A DNA stretch of 22,809 bases from Thermoplasmatales archaeon SW_10_69_26 (GTDB lineage Archaea > Thermoplasmatota > SW-10-69-26), in NCBI GenBank assembly GCA_003009755.1, contig PXUB01000008.1, positions 1-22,809 on the forward strand, given 5' to 3'. Positions 16,722-22,809 of this stretch are shown piece by piece (position 1 is the first letter of the stretch; every line of letters starts with the position of its first letter). Below the pieces are notes generated by a model. The model was not told the DNA's origin. It saw only the letters and a list, made by a program, of their open reading frames with translations, and ran no database searches. Both the position numbers and the translations under genes were made by a program.

Positions 16722-18788
16722 GTGACCGAAGACGTCGACGAGGAGCCGCCGGGCTCGGACCAGGACGAGGCGATGGAACGCCGGTTGGCCCAAAGCCAGG
16801 CCCTGACCGAGTTCACCCAGCGCGCGCTCAAGGGCATGAACTTGGACTACCTGCTCCAGCAGGTGTGCGTGGCCATCGTCGACGTGCTCGAGACCGACTA
16901 CTGCGACGTGTTCCAGCTATTGCCCGAGAAGGAACAGCTGATTCTGCGCGCCGGCGTCGGCTGGCCTGAGGAATACTACGATACCAAGACGCTGGACACC
17001 TCGCCCGGGTCCCAGAGCGGCTACACGGTGAACACGTGGGAGCCGACCGTCGTCGAGGACATCGAAGAGGACGGGCGCTTCCGCCGGCCCGAACTGTTCG
17101 AGGAGGCCGAGGTCCGGGGTGGAGTCACCGTCACCGTGCCCGGACCCGACGTGCCGTGGGGCGTGTTCGGCGTCCACTCGCGCGAGCCGCGCTCCTTCGA
17201 CCAGTACGATGTGACCTTCGTCCAGTCGATGGGCCAGGTCCTCAGCCAGGCCGTGCAACGCGCCCGTTCCGAGCGCGCCATCCAGGACGAGAAACGACGC
17301 TTCGAGAGCCTCCTCCAGGAGGCCGAGGACTACGCCATCTTCAGCCTCAACCCGGAGGGACACGTCGACAGCTGGGCCCTCGGCGCCGAGCGCATGATGG
17401 GGTACACCGAGAAGGAGATCCTCGGCATGCACTTCCAGATCCTTTACCCCGAGGAGAAACGCCGGGAGGGCCGCCCGATGCACGACCTCCAGCGAGCCCT
17501 CGCGCAGGGTGGCGCCGAGGACGAGGGCTGGCGGATCCGCAAGGACGGCTCCCGGTTCTGGGCCAACGTGACGATCAACCCCTATCACGACGAGGAGGGC
17601 AACCACCAGGGGTTCTGGAAGATCGTGTACGACATGACCGAGCGGGTCGAGCGCGAGCGCGAGCTCGAGCGCAGCGAGCGGCGCTACCGTGCGCTCGTCG
17701 AGAACTTCCCGAACGGCAACGTCGGCATCTTCGACCGCGATCTCACCTATCGAGCCGTGGGCGGCGAGCTGTTCGCGGAGGTCGGCGTCGACCCGGAGCA
17801 GCGGCTGGGGCGATCGATCTTGGAGGCCTACCCGGAGGACATCGTCGAGGAGGCCGAGGAGCACTTCCGCGCCGCCCTGGCAGGCGAACCCCGGTCCTTC
17901 GAGGTCGATTTCTACGGCCGCCACCTCCAGGTCCGCACCGTCCCGCTGCGGGACAGCGAGGGCGACGTCTTCGCCGGACTGGTCATGGCCCAGGACGTCA
18001 CCGAGCGGGAGATCTACGAGGACAAGCTCGAGGAGTCCAACCAACGGCTCGAGCAGTTCGCCTACGCCGCCAGCCACGACCTGCAAGAACCGCTGCGGAT
18101 GGTGACCAGCTACCTGGAGCTCGTCGACGACCGCTACGGCGAGCAGTTCGACGAGGAGGGCCGCGAGTTCATGCGGCACGCCCTCGACGGCGCCGAGCGC
18201 ATGAGCCGCCTGATCGACAGCCTGCTCGCCTACGCCCGCGTGGCCGGGGAAGGCGCCGAGACCCAGCGGGTGGATACCCAGGCGGTCTTCGAAGATGCTC
18301 TCCACGACCTCGAGATGCACATCCAGGAGACCGGGGCCGAGGTGGTGGCCGAGCCCCTACCCGACGTCGAGGCCGACCCCAACCTGCTGGCCCAGGTGTT
18401 CCGCAACCTCCTGTCGAACGCGCTCAAGTACAGCGGCGACGAACCGCCTCGGGTCCACGTCGGGGCCGACCGCGCGGGGGACCGCTGGCGGTTCTGGGTC
18501 GAGGACGAGGGCATCGGCATCGAGGAGACGGACATCGATCGCATCTTCGACGTCTTCGAGCGCGTCAGCGACCCGCGGACCGACGAGGAGGACCAGGGGG
18601 CCGGGGTCGGGCTGGCGATCTGCCAGCAGATCGTCGACCGCCACGGCGGGGAGATGGACGTCGAAAGCGTGCCTGGCGAGGGCTCGGTCTTCTCCTTCAC
18701 GATGCCGGCCGCCGACACGATCGAGCCCCCCGAGCCCGACCACCCGGGCACGGAGGGAGCCTCCAGCGCGGCCGCGGCGTCGGAGTGA
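16722..18788 (+). CDS. Soluble sensor histidine kinase, GAF-PAS-PAS-HisKA-HATPase
   Basis: GAF (LILRAGVGW...GVFGVHSREPRSF), PAS (YAIFSLNPEGHVDSW...EGWRIRKDGSRFWANV), second PAS, H-box FAYAASHDLQEPLR, N-box NLLSNALKY, DEGIGI, GAGVGLAIC. Start uncertain (GTG 16722 or 16653/16660). Confidence 0.93.
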   Translation: MTEDVDEEPPGSDQDEAMERRLAQSQALTEFTQRALKGMNLDYLLQQVCVAIVDVLETDYCDVFQLLPEKEQLILRAGVGWPEEYYDTKTLDTSPGSQSGYTVNTWEPTVVEDIEEDGRFRRPELFEEAEVRGGVTVTVPGPDVPWGVFGVHSREPRSFDQYDVTFVQSMGQVLSQAVQRARSERAIQDEKRRFESLLQEAEDYAIFSLNPEGHVDSWALGAERMMGYTEKEILGMHFQILYPEEKRREGRPMHDLQRALAQGGAEDEGWRIRKDGSRFWANVTINPYHDEEGNHQGFWKIVYDMTERVERERELERSERRYRALVENFPNGNVGIFDRDLTYRAVGGELFAEVGVDPEQRLGRSILEAYPEDIVEEAEEHFRAALAGEPRSFEVDFYGRHLQVRTVPLRDSEGDVFAGLVMAQDVTEREIYEDKLEESNQRLEQFAYAASHDLQEPLRMVTSYLELVDDRYGEQFDEEGREFMRHALDGAERMSRLIDSLLAYARVAGEGAETQRVDTQAVFEDALHDLEMHIQETGAEVVAEPLPDVEADPNLLAQVFRNLLSNALKYSGDEPPRVHVGADRAGDRWRFWVEDEGIGIEETDIDRIFDVFERVSDPRTDEEDQGAGVGLAICQQIVDRHGGEMDVESVPGEGSVFSFTMPAADTIEPPEPDHPGTEGASSAAAASE

Positions 18789-18805
18789 CCCCGCATCGTC
18801 GGCCC

Positions 18806-18950
18806 CGCGCTGTAGGGATAAGAAACGGGGGGGGACCATCAAGTACGCGAGGGGACGCCAGGGCACAACGGGGAGCAGCTGCCGTGACAACGCCGCCCGG
18901 CGGCGAGTCACAGGCCCTTCGTGGCCTTGGCGATCCTTCGTGTCCTTCGC
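18806..18950. mobile_element. MITE copy 3, right end truncated
   Basis: Starts CGCGCTGTAGGGATAAG and aligns with copies 1 and 2 to ...GTGTCCTTCGC at 18950. The right TIR and the second TSD are missing. Confidence 0.85.
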
Positions 18951-19666
18951 AGTCCTACGAGCTGCTGGCCCACCACTACGACGCCATCCACCGATCCAAA
19001 ACCTACCGGCGCGAGGCCGACCGGGTGCTGGCCCACCTCGACCACCAGCTCGAGGGTCCCGGCGACCAGCTGCTGGGCGTGGCCTGCGGATCGGGGCGCC
19101 ACATCGCCGAGTTCACCCACCGCTACGCGTGCCTGGGCGTCGACGCCAACGCCGGCATGCTGCGCCTGGCCCGCGACCGGGTGCCCCAGGCGCGGTTCGT
19201 GCAGGCCGACATGCGCGAGCTGTGCCTCGCCAAGCGGTTCGACGCGCTCACGTGCCTGTTCGGCTCGATCGGCTACCTGCGGACGTGGGCCAACCTCGCG
19301 CAGGCCGTCGAGCGCTTCGCCGACCACCTCCGCGAGGGCGGCGCCTTCGCGATCGAGAGCTGGATCCCGCCCGAGCGTCTGCGCAAGCCCCTGCGCAAGG
19401 TCCGTTCCTACGAGGACGGCGACCGCGCCATCGCCCGCGTCGGGGTCGCCTCGCCGCCTGTGGATGGCTGCAGCGAGCTCACGCTCGAGTGGCTGATCGC
19501 CGAGGAGGGCGAGGAGATCAGCCGGCACACCGAGCACCAGCGGTTGGGCGTGTTCGGCGTCGACGAGACGCTGGATCTGCTCGCCGAGCACGGCCTCGAA
19601 GCGACCGTCGACGAGCAGGGCCTCACCGAGGACCGCGTCCTGTTCGTCGGGAACCGCGTGGGATAG
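18884..19666 (+). CDS. Class I SAM-dependent methyltransferase, 5' end abutting/fused to MITE copy 3 (possibly pseudogene)
   Basis: From 18953: SYELLAHHYDAIHRSKTY...LLGVACGSGRH...GVDANAGML...FVQADMREL...FDALTCLFGSIGY...HLREGG. The nearest in-frame start is GTG 18884 inside the MITE. Confidence 0.75.
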   Translation: MTTPPGGESQALRGLGDPSCPSQSYELLAHHYDAIHRSKTYRREADRVLAHLDHQLEGPGDQLLGVACGSGRHIAEFTHRYACLGVDANAGMLRLARDRVPQARFVQADMRELCLAKRFDALTCLFGSIGYLRTWANLAQAVERFADHLREGGAFAIESWIPPERLRKPLRKVRSYEDGDRAIARVGVASPPVDGCSELTLEWLIAEEGEEISRHTEHQRLGVFGVDETLDLLAEHGLEATVDEQGLTEDRVLFVGNRVG

Positions 19667-19766
19667 GGAGCACGAGGGACACCAAGGTGAAGGGCACGAA
19701 GGGACAAGCTGGGGAGGTCAGGGTGGGGACCACGAGGGACACCAAGGGGGCTAAGGGCACGAAGGA
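19666..19766. repeat. Two tandem ~40-bp 'TKDTK-type' repeats built of ~9-nt units CAC(G/C)A(A/G)GG
   Basis: GGGAGCACGAGGGACACCAAGGTGAAGGGCACGAAGGGA (19666-19704) and GGGGACCACGAGGGACACCAAGGGGGCTAAGGGCACGAAGGA (19725-19766); both are similar to the MITE arms. Confidence 0.85.
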
Positions 19767-19830
19767 CCGAGCAGGGAAGGCGGCAGGCAACGCCGGGCCG
19801 TCCGACGGAGTGGGAAGGGCCCGTGGAAGA

Positions 19831-19950
19831 TCAAAGGATCAAACGCTTGATGCCGTTTCGGAGGTGGGGGTTCGCCGACGTTCAGCAGAAAGCCAAGACG
19901 CTTCCCCGTGGCCTCCAGATACGTGAGGGTCTGAGCCGTGTGAGCGGACG
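19831..19950 (-). pseudogene. C-terminal remnant of a GxxExxY (PD-(D/E)XK nuclease superfamily) gene, frameshifted
   Basis: Minus strand reads HTAQTLTYLEATGKRLGFLLNVGEP. Removing one base from the G5 run (19866-19870) continues it as HLRNGIKRLIL-stop (19831-19833), matching the family C-terminus H.AQLL.YL..TG...GLL.NF....L..GIKR.IL. The N-terminal GxxExxY motif is absent. Confidence 0.8.
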
Positions 19951-20040
19951 CGAAGGGATTTGGAATCCCCGCTCCGGAGAACCCGGGGGGTAGGGCGTCT
20001 GAGCCCACCCCCGCTCCCAATCGCAAGACGCCGTCCGCCG

Positions 20041-20072
20041 CCCCCCGCTCGGGGGGCTCTCCTTTTCTTTCT
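20041..20072 (+). terminator. Possible terminator-like hairpin with T-rich tail
   Basis: CCCCCC-GCTC-GGGGGG stem-loop followed by CTCTCCTTTTCTTTCT. Confidence 0.3.
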
Positions 20073-20193
20073 ATTACGCTCACCCAGCGTCAGCTGCGTC
20101 GATTTCAGCAGGACCTTGTCAAAGCCGCGAGCGATCCCCAGCTGATCGAGCTGGGCATCCCACCGTCCTGGCCGCTGGCCCTCGCCATGCACC

Positions 20194-20397
20194 TTGAGGC
20201 GCTGGCCCCGCGGCTGGCGCTTCCACCGCCGGGACGCCTCCCGTCACCCCTGGCGATGCGATCTCTCGCTCAAGTGCGTACGCTGCGCGCACGTCTGGTG
20301 TCACGGTCTCGCCGTGACTGAAGAGGAGTCCGAGCGCCACGGCGAGGGCGTGCTCGACCGGCGAGAGGCCGAGACCCTCCTGCGCGAGGACGGGTGA
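20194..20397 (+). other. Small Cys/His-containing ORF or gene remnant
   Basis: KCVRCAHVWCHG followed by an acidic, coding-like tail. Weak TTG start; may be a truncated zinc-binding protein gene. Confidence 0.25.
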
Positions 20398-20685
20398 TCG
20401 CTGTGACGGTCGTCTTGGAGATCGCGACGAAGCCCGCCGACCGGGCGCGGTTCGCCGAGGGGGGAGAGATCGCGTTGGCCGGTTGGTCGTTGGGTCTTGC
20501 GAGGATGCTCCTTCGACCGAAGGAACCATAGAGGCTGAAATGCCCAATGCGGCGGCCACCGGCGGAGTGTGCGTTGTACAGCCCGGGATGCCGTGACGAC
20601 CTTGCCAGGAAGCCGACGACCGCCGACTTCTCCACCACGCACCCTCCCGACGATTCGGCGCGGGCCATTCCAGCGGCTGAGGAGC

Positions 20686-21552
20686 CTATGGTTCCTCCAC
20701 GTGCACGACGCAGGATCGATGGAACCGCCAATCGTCGGGGTCCGGAGATCCAAGTCCTAGTCTGTCGAAGGTTGCGTTAACGGCTCGCCCAGGGGTTTCT
20801 GCGTCGTCATCACCTCGGACCAGGACGGTCACAGTATCAAGAGCGTCGACCTTAACGCTGACGTTTGTTGCATTTACCGTTTGGCTGATCTCCGCCACGG
20901 CAACACCTGTCCGGAACCCCCACGGCTCGGCCTCGAAGGAACGCTCCTCCCCGGCGGCCTGCTCACGCGCTACCGGACGCGGGTCAACGTCCTCAAAGAG
21001 AGTATCTGTGGCCCAGGGCCCGTTGAATGGCATCTCGTATCGTGTAACGTTAACCATTTCTCCCTCGGGAGTCGACCGGACCGCCTGCCAGGCCTGAGCT
21101 TCGAAGAAACGGTCCGTCTCCTCCTCCACGGATCGCCGATCAAGGTCGGTGACGTTCTCAACGAACGACCGAAAGCGATCCCGGGTCTCCTCCAGGGGGC
21201 CATCCTCGAACGTACCCAGGACTGTTGCGTCACCACGGTTGTAGACGAGACGGAGTTCGGAAACGCGATCTTCCGCCGGCCGCCATTCGACGGATAAAAG
21301 CGACATGTTCGTCCCCTCCTTTCGATCTTCTGGGAGAGGAAACCCTTCTGGCGGGATGTTCACCGTCACGGGTCCGTGTTCCCCAGAACGCGAAGCGACT
21401 TCCTGGTAGATCCCTGATTGTTCCCAGGTCAGAGACGCCGGGCAGTCACTACTCTCTCTTTCCCCTGCTGGCTCACCAACCCCGAGGCAGCCGGCGGCAG
21501 CAGAGAAAGCTACGAGAAGGGCTACCATGGCGCCTGTTGCGTTCATCCACAT
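20686..21552 (-). CDS. Putative lipoprotein, unknown function
   Basis: Hydrophobic signal ending in a lipobox-like SAAAGCLG; 288-aa acidic ORF. Confidence 0.7.
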   Translation of the reverse strand: MWMNATGAMVALLVAFSAAAGCLGVGEPAGERESSDCPASLTWEQSGIYQEVASRSGEHGPVTVNIPPEGFPLPEDRKEGTNMSLLSVEWRPAEDRVSELRLVYNRGDATVLGTFEDGPLEETRDRFRSFVENVTDLDRRSVEEETDRFFEAQAWQAVRSTPEGEMVNVTRYEMPFNGPWATDTLFEDVDPRPVAREQAAGEERSFEAEPWGFRTGVAVAEISQTVNATNVSVKVDALDTVTVLVRGDDDAETPGRAVNATFDRLGLGSPDPDDWRFHRSCVVHVEEP

Positions 21553-21665
21553 GTTAGGGCCGAACAGAGACGGTTAAATCTTGCTACGCAAGTGTTCACC
21601 ACCCCCAGCGAAGTGTCTACTTCGTATCGTTCATAACAGGGTAGTCCTTTTTGTGCAAGGGGAAC

Positions 21666-22475
21666 ATGTTCCGGAAATCGTTCGTACTCGTCGTATCGCT
21701 AAGCTTGATGTTCGTCCCGATGACTGTTGCTTCAACGAGTGTCGTTCCCGAACCCGTTGAGGACAGGCCTCTAACACCACCGCCGATGGGACCTGTTTCC
21801 CACTTGTACGAAGAGGCAGAGCCGACATTCACGAGTGAAGGTCCCGCTCTCAGCGAGGGGGAAGCAAGCATCGCAACCGTCAGCGATCATGTCGTGGGGA
21901 TGCGCGCCGACGAGCCCGAAACCACAGGGGTCGAGATTGAGTTGAAGGTCTCTGATCCGGAGGTGCCGGCCGACGGCAGTAGCTGTTGTTTCTATTGGTC
22001 TGCAATAGGAACTAGCAGCGATTCTATCACAAGCTCTGTGTTCGTGGGTTGGACCGAAACATCCTGGGAGGGAGGATCGAGCGACCAGTACGTTTTCGTA
22101 TACGATGGGTACGACGGTGTGTGGAATTTCTACGGGCAGTACAGTATCCTCCCAGGCGAAGTTGTGTCATTCTCGCTGACTCACGATAGCGGAAATTATT
22201 GGAATGCCTGGGTGTACTCCGGTGGAAGCTGGGATCTCTTGTGGAACGAATACGTGGGGTACTCATATGCGGACAACGGCCACCAGCAGGGAAGGGTCGC
22301 CGACGACGGTACACACTTCCTTATCCACGACCCGTACTTTAGCGATACCGGTATCGGATTGGACTACGGATGGAATACCTGGGATACATCCATCGACACA
22401 CACCAACATAGTGATTCCGAGTACCAGGCCCAAGTTGGAACCCAATGGACGGAATGGTGGGCTGAGAAGTCCTGA
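21666..22475 (+). CDS. Secreted Trp/Tyr-rich beta protein, possibly neprosin/glutamic-peptidase-like fold
   Basis: Signal peptide MFRKSFVLVVSLSLMFVPMTVA; motifs SSVFVGWTE, YVFVYDG, GNYWNAWV, QQGRV; lower GC than the rest of the window. Confidence 0.65.
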   Translation: MFRKSFVLVVSLSLMFVPMTVASTSVVPEPVEDRPLTPPPMGPVSHLYEEAEPTFTSEGPALSEGEASIATVSDHVVGMRADEPETTGVEIELKVSDPEVPADGSSCCFYWSAIGTSSDSITSSVFVGWTETSWEGGSSDQYVFVYDGYDGVWNFYGQYSILPGEVVSFSLTHDSGNYWNAWVYSGGSWDLLWNEYVGYSYADNGHQQGRVADDGTHFLIHDPYFSDTGIGLDYGWNTWDTSIDTHQHSDSEYQAQVGTQWTEWWAEKS

Positions 22476-22809
22476 GCTGAGACATCGTCGCGGCTTCTAT
22501 CGATGGTTCGCCGAGCGGGCCTCTCCCGCCTCCTTGGCGTAACCCACCCCGGCCGGGCCGACGCTTCCCGCAGGGTGCTGACCGTTGGCTCTCAATAGAG
22601 GCTGCCTTCTCCCGCTGGTCAAACTGGCGCGAGATGAAAACTGCCAACGCCCGAGCTAGAGGAACTGGAACTCAGTCTCGGAGGGTCAGGGGTCCCGTCA
22701 GGTTACGAGTTCTGACGGGAGTCGCATCGGGGGGCAGAGGAGGAAAAGGGCCCTTGTCGTCCGTGACCGGACGGTCGAGCTGGTGATCGGCGGCACCGAG
22801 CGCCCTCTT

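Noticed and set aside
15661-18950. Composite transposon of MITE copies 2 and 3 carrying ArsR-FHA and the kinase
   Set aside because: Copy 2 has its own TSD on both sides and copy 3 lacks a right TIR, so there is no shared outer TSD.
9701-19766. Repeats as a CRISPR array or integron
   Set aside because: No regular repeat-spacer periodicity, no cas genes, no tyrosine integrase and no GTTRRRY attC cores; TIRs plus TSDs fit a MITE better.
156-19926. Many long Arg/Pro/Gly-rich ORFs (e.g. 156-2249, 4732-6585, 7487-9781, 12250-15000, most of 17036-19666)
   Set aside because: Shadow or antisense frames of well-supported genes in ~70% GC DNA, with no recognisable motifs.
19943-19975. tRNA 3'-half-like sequence on the minus strand (GGGGATTCCAAATCCCTTCGCGTCCGC) as an att site
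   Set aside because: The T-loop is non-canonical, and no cloverleaf or CCA can be built.
22580-22720. RWLSIEAAFS peptide resembling a DDE transposase motif, and a 9-bp hairpin at 22693-22720
   Set aside because: Too short, no extended transposase similarity or TIR, and near the window edge; cannot be supported.

Overview
High-GC (~70% by eye) window with an acidic predicted proteome, most likely from a halophilic archaeon. Thermoplasmatota is inferred from the gene content (PIN-ATPase-KH, AlaX-M, HTH-10, membrane-anchored double wHTH, ArsR-FHA, LVIVD); no database search was done. The left part holds housekeeping and secreted-protein genes: a partial SolA/MSOX-family oxidase, two divergent wHTH regulators, two methyltransferases, AlaX, a probable pseudo-protease, endonuclease V, a surface protein, an LVIVD protein and the PINA ATPase. 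The middle is a signalling cluster: CheB-CheR-PAS fusion, HTH-10, ArsR-FHA and a GAF-PAS-PAS kinase. The right end is a decayed, lower-GC accessory region. The standout is a ~170-bp nested-palindromic MITE in three copies (9701-9870, 15661-15829, 18806-18950 truncated), with terminal inverted repeats and 9-bp target-site duplications. Its internal arms match the 'TKDTK-type' repeats lying just downstream of a frameshifted GxxExxY nuclease remnant (19831-19950), which suggests a GxxExxY-linked REP/MITE-type mobile system.
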